Part shown: positions 15,487 to 26,509 of the stretch, one piece after another
Numbering within the stretch: the first letter of the stretch is position 1
Layout: each line of letters begins with the position of its first letter
Origin: Deltaproteobacteria bacterium
GTDB lineage: Bacteria; Desulfobacterota; DSM-4660; Desulfatiglandales; Desulfatiglandaceae
NCBI GenBank assembly: GCA_011051075.1
Contig: DREN01000381.1
Coordinates: 1-27,690, forward strand
Reading direction: 5' to 3'
DNA length: 27,690 nucleotides
Translations under genes and position numbers: made by a program
Notes under the pieces: generated by a model
The model's database searches: none
Seen by the model: the letters and a program-made list of their open reading frames with translations, nothing else
What the model was told of the DNA's origin: nothing

Positions 15487-15929
15487 ATGCCAGCGATGTG
15501 ATGAGCACCCGCGTGATTACAGTAAAAAAAGAGACCTCTTTGGAGGAACTGGCCGATATCCTGTATGAGAATCACATAAACGGGGTGCCTGTGGTCGGTG
15601 ATGACGGCCGGCTCATCGGCGTTATCTGTGAGAGTGACCTTATCCGCAAGGATAAGAAACTTCACATCCCCACGGTGGTGGCTATTTTCGACGCGGTAAT
15701 CTATCTGGAGAGTTCAAAAAAGATGGAAAAGGAGTTTAAAAGGATCAGCGCCACAACGGTTGAGGACCTTTACACCAGAGATCCCGTTACAGTGGATGAA
15801 AGGACCCCCGTTGATGAGATCGCCACCATCATGACCGAGCAGAAGATCTACACCATCCCAGTCATGGACGGTGATCGACTGGTGGGAATTATCGGAAAGG
15901 CCGACCTCCTGAGGACCATTACCGCTTGA
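15480..15929 (+). CDS. Stand-alone CBS-pair (Bateman module) protein
   Basis: DVMSTRVITV, GVPVV..GVICESDL, RDPVTV, TIPVM..VGIIGKADLL. Confidence 0.9.
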   Translation: MLNASDVMSTRVITVKKETSLEELADILYENHINGVPVVGDDGRLIGVICESDLIRKDKKLHIPTVVAIFDAVIYLESSKKMEKEFKRISATTVEDLYTRDPVTVDERTPVDEIATIMTEQKIYTIPVMDGDRLVGIIGKADLLRTITA

Positions 15930-16408
15930 AAGGGGAATCTTTCACATGCCGTACTTCCTCGGGGGAAGAGACCCTGGGCCTGGGCACAAGGCTGGGGGCT
16001 CTTCTTGACCAAGGGGATTTTGTGGCCCTGATGGGGGACCTGGGGAGCGGCAAGACCTGGTTTACGAAGGGCCTGGCCCTGGGGCTGGGTGTTTCTCCCG
16101 AAACCGTTATTACCAGTCCCTCCTTCTCCCTTATGAACGAGTACAGGGGCAGGTGCACCCTTTTTCATGTGGACGTCTACCGGCTGGAGGATCTCTCTGA
16201 CTTCCTCGATGCCGGGCTTGATGAGTATCTTTACGTAGGTGGAGTTGTGGTTTTGGAGTGGGCCGACCGCTGGCCCGAGATCCTGCCCCATAGGAACATA
16301 AGGGTGGAGTTTAGGATCCTGGACCAGTGGTCCAGGGAGATAACCCTGTCCGGTGCCCATCCAAGGGCCCTGACCATCCTGAAACAACTAAAGAGGGAGG
16401 TGGAGTGA
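15926..16408 (+). CDS. tsaE: tRNA threonylcarbamoyladenosine biosynthesis ATPase TsaE
   Basis: [28 protein letters not shown] start overlaps the upstream TGA. Confidence 0.95.
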   Translation: MKGESFTCRTSSGEETLGLGTRLGALLDQGDFVALMGDLGSGKTWFTKGLALGLGVSPETVITSPSFSLMNEYRGRCTLFHVDVYRLEDLSDFLDAGLDEYLYVGGVVVLEWADRWPEILPHRNIRVEFRILDQWSREITLSGAHPRALTILKQLKREVE

Positions 16409-16415
16409 AAAGGAT

Positions 16416-17648
16416 ATGGCTTTGATCGTTCAGAAGTACGGCGGTACTTCGGTGGGAAGCATCGAAAAGATAAAGGCCGTTGCTCAGAGGGTCGTTGATA
16501 CCTGTCATAAGGGGAACCGGATGGTGGTTGTCCTGTCTGCCATGGCAGGCCAGACAGACGGCCTGATTGAATTGGCCAAGGGGATAACCGAGGAACCTGA
16601 CTCCAGGGAACTTGACGTTCTCATGTCCACAGGCGAGCAGGTGAGCGTGGCCCTATTTGCAATGGCCGTGAAGGCCCTCGGGTACGATGCGCGCTCTTTT
16701 TTAGGCTTTCAGGTGGCCATCCATACGGATCATCTTTTCGGCAAGGCGAGGATTCATGATATTGAAACCGATCGTATTATCAGGAATCTGGATAAGGGGA
16801 GGATCGTCACCGTGGCCGGGTTTCAGGGGCTCGATGATCACGGGGATATCACCACCCTGGGAAGGGGCGGGTCTGACACCACGGCGGTTGCCCTGGCCGC
16901 TGCACTGAAGGCGGATGTGTGTGAGATCTTCACCGATGTGGACGGTGTTTACACCACCGATCCCAACATCTGCCCCAGGGCCAGGAAGATGGATTTTATC
17001 TCGTACGAAGAGATGCTGGAGATGGCCAGCCTGGGCGCCAAGGTCCTGGAGATCCGGTCGGTTGAATTCGCCAAGAAGTTTAACGTACCGATCCATGTAA
17101 GATCAACCTTTACCAACGAGAGGGGTACCATGGTGGTTGCTGAAACAAGGGATATGGAAAAGGTCGCGGTGTCCGGGGTGGCCTATAACAAGAACGAGGC
17201 CAGGGTGACCATTAGAAGGGTCCCGGATCAGCCGGGAATCGCCTCCAGGATATTCAATCCTGTTTTCAAGGCCGGCATTGTGGTTGACATGATCGTGCAG
17301 AACACGAGCCGGGACGGGCTTACCGACCTGACCTTCACCGTGCCCAAGACAGATTTTTACAAGACCATGAAGCTGGTCAGCGAGATCGCCACGGAGATCG
17401 GGGCCGAACGGGTCTTAGGGGATGAGGATATTGCCAAGGTTTCCATCATCGGCGTGGGCATGAGGACCCATGCAGGGGTGGCCAGTACCATGTTCGGGAC
17501 CCTGGCCAAAGAAAACATAAATATCATGATGATCAGCACGTCCGAGATAAAGATATCCTGTCTCATCGAGGAAAAGTACACTGAACTGGCCGTGCGCGTC
17601 CTTCACAAGGCCTTTGGCCTGGATTATGAAAAAGAGGAGTCTTCATGA
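16416..17648 (+). CDS. lysC: Aspartate kinase with two ACT domains
   Basis: [45 protein letters not shown]. Confidence 0.96.
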   Translation: MALIVQKYGGTSVGSIEKIKAVAQRVVDTCHKGNRMVVVLSAMAGQTDGLIELAKGITEEPDSRELDVLMSTGEQVSVALFAMAVKALGYDARSFLGFQVAIHTDHLFGKARIHDIETDRIIRNLDKGRIVTVAGFQGLDDHGDITTLGRGGSDTTAVALAAALKADVCEIFTDVDGVYTTDPNICPRARKMDFISYEEMLEMASLGAKVLEIRSVEFAKKFNVPIHVRSTFTNERGTMVVAETRDMEKVAVSGVAYNKNEARVTIRRVPDQPGIASRIFNPVFKAGIVVDMIVQNTSRDGLTDLTFTVPKTDFYKTMKLVSEIATEIGAERVLGDEDIAKVSIIGVGMRTHAGVASTMFGTLAKENINIMMISTSEIKISCLIEEKYTELAVRVLHKAFGLDYEKEESS

Positions 17649-18210
17649 TAGATTCGCCTCGGCTGGGACAGGGGGGCTTGTTCTCCTTCTCCTTTTGATT
17701 ACACTGCATCTCCTGAAAGGGTGGGGGACTCCTGGCCGGCAGGATGGACTCTCAGCCAGTGAGGCTTTTGTCCAGGTATCAGGAGATATCAGGTTCCCTG
17801 GTGTTTACGGGTTCCATGATCCACCCACCCTAAAAGAGCTGGTGACCCGTGCCGGAGGGTTGATCTTTGCACAGGGGACTCCTGGCTTTCCTGCGGTGCC
17901 GCCGCTCAAATCAGGTGTCCATGTAAAGATCAGAAGGGCCCGGGAAGGGATCAGCGTGCGAGTGGGCCAGATGTCCGGGTATTACCGGGTCAGCCTGGGG
18001 ATCCCGCTCCCCTTAAACAGCGAAGGAGCTGAAGGACTGGCCGCCGTACCGGGCATATCTTCCAGGATCGCGGTGGCCATCGTCCGGGAGCGGCACAGGA
18101 GGGGCGGTTTCAAAAGGCTGACGGATATCCGGTCTGTACCGGGGATCGGCCCGGTGCTCTACCGCAGGATAAGGCCTTACCTGGCCCTGGATACAGGTAG
18201 TCACCTGTGA
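17626..18210 (+). CDS. ComEA-like membrane-anchored DNA-binding protein (SLBB-like plus helix-hairpin-helix)
   Basis: N-terminal [39 protein letters not shown]. Confidence 0.78.
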   Translation: MKKRSLHDRFASAGTGGLVLLLLLITLHLLKGWGTPGRQDGLSASEAFVQVSGDIRFPGVYGFHDPPTLKELVTRAGGLIFAQGTPGFPAVPPLKSGVHVKIRRAREGISVRVGQMSGYYRVSLGIPLPLNSEGAEGLAAVPGISSRIAVAIVRERHRRGGFKRLTDIRSVPGIGPVLYRRIRPYLALDTGSHL

Positions 18211-18264
18211 TCCGTATCCGCATTTCTTCATGTCTCGGAATCGTATTTCAAAAACCCCCTGTGC

Positions 18265-18308
18265 CTGAACCGGGCAAACCCGCCAGCGGCGGACAAGCGT
18301 GGGTTCAG
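18265..18308. repeat. Nested palindrome CTGAACC...CCGCC-AGC-GGCGG...GGTTCAG
   Basis: 7-bp outer inverted repeat and 5-bp inner inverted repeat, read directly. Confidence 0.55.
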
Positions 18309-18325
18309 AGATTGTAATCATCCAA

Positions 18326-18381
18326 ATCGGGATCCAAATGGGAAAGGATCCCGATAACGATACCGGATCCCGATAGCGATA
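18326..18381. repeat. GGATCCCGATA(A/G)CGATA direct repeats with an inverted partial copy
   Basis: 17-bp copies at 18346-18362 and 18365-18381 (1 mismatch); ATCGGGATCC at 18326-18335 is the inverted form. Confidence 0.75.
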
Positions 18382-18384
18382 AGG

Positions 18385-18505
18385 GATAAACATCGAAAAG
18401 ATCAGGACCACGCGCAAAGCCTCCAGGACTGACAGGATGATTTCAAAGATATTTTCTTGGCGCCCCTGGCGTCCTGGCGCGATAATCAGGTTTTTTGAGA
18501 CCATC
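18385..18505. mobile_element. Degenerate MITE-like element (copy 3), same end family
   Basis: Right end (reverse complement) GATGGTCTCAAAAAAC; eroded left end GATAAACATCGAAAAG. Internal inverted 9-mer arms at 18411-18436 and 18456-18482, as in copy 2. No target duplication visible. Confidence 0.45.
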
Positions 18506-18556
18506 AACTTTACTCCCGGGTTTCTTGAGAACATCCCGGGGAAACCCTTTGACCCC

Positions 18557-19615
18557 ATGATAGTATTAGGTATAGATACCTCGTGCGATGATACGTCAGC
18601 GGCCGTGGTGGCAGACGGCAGGTCTGTCCTCTCCAACGTGGTTCACTCTCAAGTGGAGGTCCACCACGTCCACGGGGGTGTTGTGCCGGAGCTTGCCTCA
18701 AGGGAGCATGTGAGGAATATCATGCCCGTGGTCGCGGAATCCCTGTCAAGGGCCCGGGTGGGGATGGATGACCTCGACGGTGTTGCCGTGACCGTGGGGC
18801 CGGGTCTGGTGGGTGCGCTTCTGGTGGGGCTCTACTACGTGAAAGGACTGGCATGGGCCCGCCAGATCCCCTTGGCGCCGGTAAATCATCTGGAAGGCCA
18901 TATCCTCTCCATCTTCTTAGAGGAAAGGGCCCCCTCTTTTCCCTTTGTGGCCCTTACCGTCTCAGGGGGGCATACGAGCATCTACCATGTGGAAGATTAC
19001 GGCAGGTACACCCCCATGGGCCAGACCCTTGATGACGCCGCAGGAGAGGCCTTTGACAAGGTGGCCAAGATATCGGGTTTAGGCTACCCGGGCGGGGTTG
19101 CCATAGAAAGGATGGCTCTCAGGGGCAGGGGGGACAGGATCAGGTTCCCAAGGGCCTATATGGGCAGGGACTCCCTGGACTTCAGCTTCAGCGGTCTCAA
19201 GACCTCTGTGGCCCTGTACATGAAGAGATGGCGTGAGAGAGGGGCAGGGGGAGACGGCGTGACCCTTGCGGATGTTGCCGCCTCCTTTCAGGAGTCGGTG
19301 GTGGACGTGCTTGTCCAGAAGACCGTGACTGCGGCTCAAAGGATGGGCGTAAAGTCTGTGGTGATGGCCGGGGGCGTGGCGTGCAACAGGAGACTCCGTG
19401 AGAGGCTCTCGCAGGCAGCAGGGGAACAGGCGATGGAGGTCTACTATCCGCGGCCCGGGTACTGCACAGACAACGGGGCAATGATCGCTGTGGCAGGATA
19501 CCATTCCCTGTTGAGAGGTGAAAGGGGAGACATGGCTCTGGACGTGAGGTCAAGATTCCCCATTAAGGCCCTGATGGCTGATCAAGGCGCGGGGTCGGCA
19601 CCGGAGGGGGATTAG
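18557..19615 (+). CDS. tsaD: tRNA N6-adenosine threonylcarbamoyltransferase TsaD
   Basis: LGIDTSCDDT, GGVVPELASREH, VNHLEGH, VSGGHT, DDAAGEAFDK, DFSFSGLKT, CTDNGAMIA. Confidence 0.97.
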   Translation: MIVLGIDTSCDDTSAAVVADGRSVLSNVVHSQVEVHHVHGGVVPELASREHVRNIMPVVAESLSRARVGMDDLDGVAVTVGPGLVGALLVGLYYVKGLAWARQIPLAPVNHLEGHILSIFLEERAPSFPFVALTVSGGHTSIYHVEDYGRYTPMGQTLDDAAGEAFDKVAKISGLGYPGGVAIERMALRGRGDRIRFPRAYMGRDSLDFSFSGLKTSVALYMKRWRERGAGGDGVTLADVAASFQESVVDVLVQKTVTAAQRMGVKSVVMAGGVACNRRLRERLSQAAGEQAMEVYYPRPGYCTDNGAMIAVAGYHSLLRGERGDMALDVRSRFPIKALMADQGAGSAPEGD

Positions 19616-19619
19616 GCCT

Positions 19620-20177
19620 TTGAAGTTCAGCAGGCAGATCAGGTATTACTATATCAGGTTCATTCGTTTAAGGGGGGATCCCCATGAGCTGGCCCTGGGC
19701 ATGGCCTTTGGCATATTCACAGGAATGATGCCGATCATGCCGTTTCAGATGGCCTTTTCCGTGGGTCTGGCCCTGCTCTTCAAGGGAAGCAAGATAACGG
19801 CGGCCCTGGGTACCTGGATCAGCAATCCCCTGAACTGGTACTTTCTTTACTACTTCAGCCATAAAATAGGGGCTACGGTGTTGGGGCTCCATGAGAACGG
19901 GGCCATGTTTTCATCCATTATGACCTCCATTCAATTGGGGGAAGACTCCATGGTCGTAGTGGAGAAGATCCTGGCCGCCGGTGGGCTTATGGTCGCCGCC
20001 TTTCTCCTGGGCGGCCTTATCATGGGCGTTGCCGTGTCCTTCCCCTCCTACTTTATTTTCCTGTATGTCTTCAGACGGATCAGGGCGTGGCGCAAGGGGA
20101 GAAGGAGAGCGGGGAATTGGCGCGTTACTGCAGACCATCAGGGCCAGGGGGAAGACTGCGGCCCAGAAAGGAGTTAG
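19620..20177 (+). CDS. DUF2062-like membrane protein
   Basis: RLRGDPHELALGMAFG..GMMP, LGTWISNPL, hydrophobic helices. TTG start after GGAGG. Confidence 0.75.
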   Translation: MKFSRQIRYYYIRFIRLRGDPHELALGMAFGIFTGMMPIMPFQMAFSVGLALLFKGSKITAALGTWISNPLNWYFLYYFSHKIGATVLGLHENGAMFSSIMTSIQLGEDSMVVVEKILAAGGLMVAAFLLGGLIMGVAVSFPSYFIFLYVFRRIRAWRKGRRRAGNWRVTADHQGQGEDCGPERS

Positions 20178-20971
20178 GGCAGCATTTTCTCGTTGACAGG
20201 GGGATCGTAGACAAGATCCTTGCTTCAGCGCGGTTAGGTCGTTCTGACGTTGTTCTGGAGGTGGGCCCAGGGCATGGGGCACTCACCATCCCCCTTGCCC
20301 GGAGAGTATCACATGTCGTGGCCGTTGAAAAGGACCTGCGTCTGGTGGAGGCGCTTCAGAAGAAGCTCCTGGGCCTTGGTATCTCAAACGTAACCCTTCT
20401 AAACCAGGATATACTGAGGTTTGATTTCAGCGGGATCAGGACCCGGGACAAGATTCAGGTTGTGGGAAACATCCCATACAACATCTCATCTCCCCTCCTC
20501 GAAAAGGTGATAGGCCAGCGGGGGGTCGTGGCAAGGGCCGTCCTGATGTTTCAGCTGGAGGTGGCCAGGAGACTCACCTCCGGCCCGGGCACAAAGTCCT
20601 ACGGGGCCATGACCCTCCTGGTCAGATACCATGCCGCCTGCACCCCTCTTCTGACCGTGACCAGAAAGGCATTCTACCCTCCCCCAAAGGTTGATTCCAT
20701 GGTCGTGGAGCTGGACCTGGAGCGGCCTTTCCCAGCCCGGGGGGTGAGTGATGATCAGTTCAGAAGGGTTGTAAGGGGGGCCTTTTCCCACAGGAGAAAG
20801 ACCATTGTCAACTCCATGAGGGGATTTTTCCCCTCTTGGACGCGTGATATCCTCGTTCAAAGGATGAAGGCCTGCGGGATCGACCCCGGATCACGGGCCG
20901 AGTCCCTTCATATGGACCAGTTTCTGAGACTTGCGCGTGCCCTGGTGATTGACAAGAACGCCACGGGGTGA
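20117..20971 (+). CDS. rsmA: 16S rRNA m6,2A dimethyltransferase RsmA/KsgA; start approximate
   Basis: LGQHFL, LEVGPGHGALT, VEKD, VGNIPYNIS, MFQLEVA, FYPPPKVDS. AGGAG precedes TTG 20117. Confidence 0.95.
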   Translation: MARYCRPSGPGGRLRPRKELGQHFLVDRGIVDKILASARLGRSDVVLEVGPGHGALTIPLARRVSHVVAVEKDLRLVEALQKKLLGLGISNVTLLNQDILRFDFSGIRTRDKIQVVGNIPYNISSPLLEKVIGQRGVVARAVLMFQLEVARRLTSGPGTKSYGAMTLLVRYHAACTPLLTVTRKAFYPPPKVDSMVVELDLERPFPARGVSDDQFRRVVRGAFSHRRKTIVNSMRGFFPSWTRDILVQRMKACGIDPGSRAESLHMDQFLRLARALVIDKNATG

Positions 20972-20977
20972 TATCAA
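20949..20977 (+). promoter_or_regulatory. Possible sigma70-type promoter inside the 3' end of rsmA, directed at panC
   Basis: TTGACA, N17 ending in TGA, then TATCAA. The -35 is perfect and the -10 is extended but lacks the conserved final T. Confidence 0.4.
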
Positions 20978-20999
20978 GTCCCATTCAGCGGGGCTTGAT
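20973..20999. other. Inverted repeat after rsmA (terminator-like hairpin or operator)
   Basis: ATCAAGTCCC-N7-GGGGCTTGAT (10 bp, one G-U pair) followed by only three T. Confidence 0.5.
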
Positions 21000-21018
21000 T
21001 TGCTCAAAGCTTATGGTT

Positions 21019-21150
21019 GATGGTCTCGTAAAAACTATTTTTTCGTGCAAAGACGCCAAGATCTCCAAAAAAAATATCTTTTAAAATTAAGCAGTTAACT
21101 TTGCGGCCCTTGCGGCTTTGCGTGAGATTTTGACTTTTTACGAAGTTGTC
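21019..21150. mobile_element. 132-bp MITE-like element (copy 2) with 9-mer inverted-repeat cargo
   Basis: Left end GATGGTCTCGTAAAAAC; right end (reverse complement) GACAACTTCGTAAAAAGTC. Flanked by the 6-bp direct repeat ATGGTT (21013-21018 and 21151-21156). Arms CGTGCAAAGACGCCAAG and CTTTGCGGCCCTTGCGGCTTTGCGTGAG. Confidence 0.78.
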
Positions 21151-21164
21151 ATGGTTATATCTGA

Positions 21165-21260
21165 AAGATCCCGGCACAGGAGGTTCTCCCCTGTGCCTCT
21201 GGTCTCACCAAGGCGGTATGAAGGGCCTTTGATCCCGGATTATCGAGTTACGGGTTTTCC
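21165..21260 (+). promoter_or_regulatory. Structured 5' leader of panC; candidate pan-type cis-regulatory RNA
   Basis: Hairpin GGCACAGG/CCTGTGCC (21173-21197), overlapping alternative hairpin GCCT-C-TGGT-CTC-ACCA-AGGC (21195-21214), and GATCCCGG twice. Located directly upstream of a pantothenate gene. Confidence 0.35.
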
Positions 21261-22130
21261 ATGGAAGTCGTAGAAACGGTTCAGGAGATGCAGCAGATAT
21301 GCGAGGCCATCCGTCTCGCAGGGGAGACCATTGCCCTGGTGCCCACCATGGGCTTTCTGCACCAGGGTCATCTTGAGCTGATGCGTGTGGGCAGGAGGCA
21401 CGCCGATAAACTGATCATCAGTATCTTTGTCAATCCCTCCCAGTTCGGGCCTGGTGAGGACCTTGATCAGTATCCAAGGGACAGGGAGGGAGATCTGGAA
21501 AAGGCCCGGAAAGTGGGGGTGGATCTGGTCTTCATGCCCTCGGCACCGGAGATGTACCAGGAAGGGTATCAGACCAGGGTGCAGCTCGAAAAACTTCCCC
21601 GGCACCTGTGTGGTCTCTCGAGACCCGGTCATTTTGACGGGGTGGCCACAGTGGTGGCCAAGCTGTTCAACATTACCAGGCCCCATATTGCGGTATTCGG
21701 CCAAAAGGACTACCAGCAGTTGACGGTCATAAGCCGGATGGTCATGGACCTTAACATGGACATCAGGATCATAGGGGTTCCCACCATAAGGGAGCCGGAC
21801 GGGCTGGCAATGAGTTCCAGGAACAGCTACCTGAACCCCGGGGAGAGGAAGTCGGCCCTCTCCCTGAAGAAATCGATGGACCTGGCCCTTGAACTGTTCA
21901 GGGAGGGCGAGAGACGCCCGGGTGTCATAATAGACGCTGTCCGATCCCTGATCTCGGGGCATCCGTTTACGGAGATAGACTACGTTGCCCTCTGTGACCC
22001 TGTGACCCTGGACAGTGTGGAGGTTCTCGGGGAAAGAAACCTCCTGGCCATGGCGGTGAGGGTGGGGAAGACCCGGCTCATAGACAACTGTCTGCTTCAG
22101 AACGGTTCTGACAGAGACGACCATATTTAA
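21261..22130 (+). CDS. panC: Pantoate-beta-alanine ligase
   Basis: [54 protein letters not shown]. Confidence 0.97.
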   Translation: MEVVETVQEMQQICEAIRLAGETIALVPTMGFLHQGHLELMRVGRRHADKLIISIFVNPSQFGPGEDLDQYPRDREGDLEKARKVGVDLVFMPSAPEMYQEGYQTRVQLEKLPRHLCGLSRPGHFDGVATVVAKLFNITRPHIAVFGQKDYQQLTVISRMVMDLNMDIRIIGVPTIREPDGLAMSSRNSYLNPGERKSALSLKKSMDLALELFREGERRPGVIIDAVRSLISGHPFTEIDYVALCDPVTLDSVEVLGERNLLAMAVRVGKTRLIDNCLLQNGSDRDDHI

Positions 22131-22147
22131 GAAAAGGAGATTTTTTT

Positions 22148-23314
22148 ATGAAACCCCTGAACTTTCTATTTACATCGGAATCGGTAACCGAAGGACATCC
22201 CGACAAGGTTGCAGATCAGATATCGGACAATATCCTGGACAGGATCTTCGAGCAGGACCTTGAGGCCCGGGTGGCCTGTGAAACCCTGGTGACTACCGGC
22301 ATGGCCATGATCTCCGGGGAGATCACCACCAGGGCCTACGTTCATATGCCCGATGTTGTGAGGGATACCATCAAGGATATCGGCTACAAGAACTCCTCTA
22401 TGGGATTTGACTGGGAGACCTGCGCGGTCCTCTCCACCATTGACAAGCAGTCTCCGGACATAGCCGTGGGTGTGGATGCGGGCAAGGGCCTCTTCAAGGA
22501 GCAGGGGGCCGGGGATCAGGGACTCATGTTCGGCTACGCCTGCAAGGATACCCCTGTTTTCATGCCCATGCCCATCTACCTGGCCCACGGACTAACCAGG
22601 AGGCTGTCCCACGTGAGGAAGTCGGGACAGCTGCCGTGGCTTAGACCGGATGGGAAGTCCCAGGTGACCGTGGAATACGTGGACGGCAGCCCTTCGGCTA
22701 TCCACTCTGTGGTCATCGCGGCCCAGCACGATCCTGATGTGGATTACGACACCCTCCGGGAGGCCATAATAGAGAAGGTTATCAGGGAGGTAATCCCCGG
22801 GGAGATGCTGGTTGACAGGACCGAGTATTTTATTAACACCACGGGCCGTTTTGTGGTCGGAGGCCCCTTGGGTGATTGCGGGCTCACCGGTCGTAAGATC
22901 ATCATGGATACCTACGGTGGTTTCGGTTACCACGGCGGAGGGGCCTTCTCAGGCAAGGATCCCTCCAAGGTGGACAGGAGCGCCTCCTATATGTGCCGCT
23001 ATATTGCCAAGAATATTATTGCCGCCGGGCTGGCTGAAAAGTGTGAGATACAGGTGGCATATACCATCGGCAGGGCCGAACCTGTCTCGGTGATGGTGGG
23101 GGCCTCCAGCACGGGCGTTGTGTCCAGCAGTGAGCTGACCGAGATAGTCAAAAAGGAATTCGACCTGAGGCCTGCCGCCATTATCGAGCGCCTTGATCTC
23201 TTGAGGCCCATCTACGGCAAGACCTCCAACTACGGCCATTTCGGGCGGGAGCTTCCAGAGTTTACCTGGGAAAAATTAGACGCCGTTGAGGCCCTCAAGA
23301 GAGCGGTCAAGTAG
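22148..23314 (+). CDS. metK: S-adenosylmethionine synthetase
   Basis: [47 protein letters not shown]. Confidence 0.98.
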   Translation: MKPLNFLFTSESVTEGHPDKVADQISDNILDRIFEQDLEARVACETLVTTGMAMISGEITTRAYVHMPDVVRDTIKDIGYKNSSMGFDWETCAVLSTIDKQSPDIAVGVDAGKGLFKEQGAGDQGLMFGYACKDTPVFMPMPIYLAHGLTRRLSHVRKSGQLPWLRPDGKSQVTVEYVDGSPSAIHSVVIAAQHDPDVDYDTLREAIIEKVIREVIPGEMLVDRTEYFINTTGRFVVGGPLGDCGLTGRKIIMDTYGGFGYHGGGAFSGKDPSKVDRSASYMCRYIAKNIIAAGLAEKCEIQVAYTIGRAEPVSVMVGASSTGVVSSSELTEIVKKEFDLRPAAIIERLDLLRPIYGKTSNYGHFGRELPEFTWEKLDAVEALKRAVK

Positions 23315-24685
<1,371 letters not shown>

Positions 24686-24709
24686 CGGGTCACGCGCCGT
24701 TTGAACAGG

Positions 24710-24739
24710 GGAGATCCGCCGGCGGGCAGGGGAATCTCC
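24710..24739. repeat. Nested palindrome GGAGAT-CCGCCGGCGG-...-ATCTCC between ahcY and glnS
   Basis: 6-bp outer inverted repeat plus a CCGCC/GGCGG core similar to that at 18280-18292. Confidence 0.4.
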
Positions 24740-24767
24740 TTATGAGGAACGAAAGGAAAGATCTGAA

Positions 24768-26498
24768 ATGAACCCGGCCGATGCTCTCCCGTCCCAGGAT
24801 TTTATCCGGACCATTATCAGGGAAGACCTGAAGGAAAACAGGATCAAGGGGCGGGTGCACACACGTTTTCCCCCTGAGCCCAACGGCTATCTGCATATCG
24901 GGCACGCCAAGTCCATCTGTCTGAACTTCGGTATTGCCGCTGAGTTCGGCGGGCTCTGCAACCTGAGGTTTGACGACACAAATCCGATCAAAGAGGAGGA
25001 GGAGTTCGTTGAATCGATCAAGGAGGACGTACGATGGTTAGGGTTTGACTGGGAAGACCGCCTCTACTACGCCTCCGACTACTTTGACCGGCTGTACGAG
25101 TACGCACTGAAGCTCATCAGAAAGGGAAAGGCCTACGTGGATGACCTTACCCCCGATCAGATCCGTGAGTACAGGGGCACCCTCACTGAACCCGGGAGAG
25201 AGAGCCCCTGCCGCTCCCGGTCGGTGGAGGAGAACCTGGACCTGTTTGAACGGATGCGGTCGGGGGAGTTCGAGGATGGTACCCGGGTGCTCAGGGCAAA
25301 GATAGATATGTCGTCCCCAAATCTGAATATGCGGGACCCCGTCATGTACCGGGTACTCCACGCCCATCATCACAGGACGGGCGCCAGGTGGTGCATCTAT
25401 CCCATGTACGATTTCACCCACGGCCAGTCCGATTCCATTGAGGGGATCACCCACTCCCTCTGTACCCTGGAGTTTGAAGATCACAGGCCTCTCTACGACT
25501 GGTTCATAAAAGAGCTTGAGATCTTCGCTCCCCGCCAGATCGAATTTGCCAGGCTCAACCTCTCCTACACGGTCATGAGTAAACGGAAGCTCATGGAACT
25601 GGTTGAAGGGGGGCACGTGACCGGATGGGATGATCCCAGGATGCCCACCATATCGGGCATGCGCAGGCGTGGGTACACGCCGGAATCTATCCGCAACTTC
25701 TGCGAGCGGATAGGTGTTGCCAAGAGGGAGAGTACGGTTGATATGGGGCTTTTGGAGTACAGCGTACGGGAAGACCTGAACAAACGGGCCAGGCGGGTGA
25801 TGGCCGTGTTGCGCCCCCTTCGCGTGATCATAGACAACTACCCCGAGGACAGGGTTGAGTACCTGGAGGCGGAGAATAATCCTGAAGACCCTGGTATGGG
25901 ATCACGCACCCTCCCCTTTTCACGGGAACTGTTCATTGAAAGAGACGATTTTCGTGAAGACCCGCCCAGGAAGTTCTTCCGCCTTGCCCCCGGCCGCGAG
26001 GTGCGGCTGAAGCACGCCTATTACATCAGGTGCGAGCAGGTGGTTAAGGATGAGCAGACCGGTGAGGTGACCGAGCTTCACTGTACCTACGATCCAGAAA
26101 CCCGCGGCGGGTGGTCCGAGGACGGGCGAAAGGTAAGGGGGACACTTCACTGGGTTTCAGCCCCCCACTCCATCGGCGCCCAGGTGCGGCTCTACGACCA
26201 TCTGTTCCTGAGGCCCGATCCTGAGGGTGACAGGGATGGGTCTGATTTCAAGGACCACCTGAACCCCAGGTCTCTGGAGACGCTCACCACGTGCAGGGTG
26301 GAACCGGGTCTTAGGGAGGCAAGGCCGGAGGTAAGCTTTCAGTTTCTCAGGTTAGGGTATTTCTGCGTTGATTCTGTTGATTCCTCTCCCCAAAAGCCTG
26401 TCTTTAACCGAACCGTGACCCTTCGTGACACCTGGGCCAAGCTGGAGAAGAAACAGAAGAGGCCTCAGCAGAAGGGGAAGGGAAAAAAGGCCGTCTGA
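24768..26498 (+). CDS. glnS: Glutamine--tRNA ligase
   Basis: [52 protein letters not shown]. No appended Yqey domain. Confidence 0.97.
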   Translation: MNPADALPSQDFIRTIIREDLKENRIKGRVHTRFPPEPNGYLHIGHAKSICLNFGIAAEFGGLCNLRFDDTNPIKEEEEFVESIKEDVRWLGFDWEDRLYYASDYFDRLYEYALKLIRKGKAYVDDLTPDQIREYRGTLTEPGRESPCRSRSVEENLDLFERMRSGEFEDGTRVLRAKIDMSSPNLNMRDPVMYRVLHAHHHRTGARWCIYPMYDFTHGQSDSIEGITHSLCTLEFEDHRPLYDWFIKELEIFAPRQIEFARLNLSYTVMSKRKLMELVEGGHVTGWDDPRMPTISGMRRRGYTPESIRNFCERIGVAKRESTVDMGLLEYSVREDLNKRARRVMAVLRPLRVIIDNYPEDRVEYLEAENNPEDPGMGSRTLPFSRELFIERDDFREDPPRKFFRLAPGREVRLKHAYYIRCEQVVKDEQTGEVTELHCTYDPETRGGWSEDGRKVRGTLHWVSAPHSIGAQVRLYDHLFLRPDPEGDRDGSDFKDHLNPRSLETLTTCRVEPGLREARPEVSFQFLRLGYFCVDSVDSSPQKPVFNRTVTLRDTWAKLEKKQKRPQQKGKGKKAV

Positions 26499-26509
26499 AC
26501 GAGGGTGCC

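Noticed and set aside
18346-18381. Direct repeats as a mini CRISPR array
   Set aside because: Only two 17-bp copies with a 2-bp gap, no spacers and no cas genes.
18013-18636. 207-aa minus-strand ORF across the ComEA-like/tsaD gap
   Set aside because: It overlaps two real genes, and its middle is just the translation of the repeat tracts (YRYRDPVSLSGSFPIWIPIW).
21240-22124. 294-aa antisense ORF, and similar long shadow ORFs (5993-6706, 7259-7963, 10387-11043, 11674-12441, 25038-25616)
   Set aside because: They lie almost entirely opposite well-supported genes, show no recognisable motifs, and are expected from codon bias at this GC content.
24768-26498. Presence of GlnRS as unusual
   Set aside because: glnS is common in this group and the protein has an ordinary domain layout.
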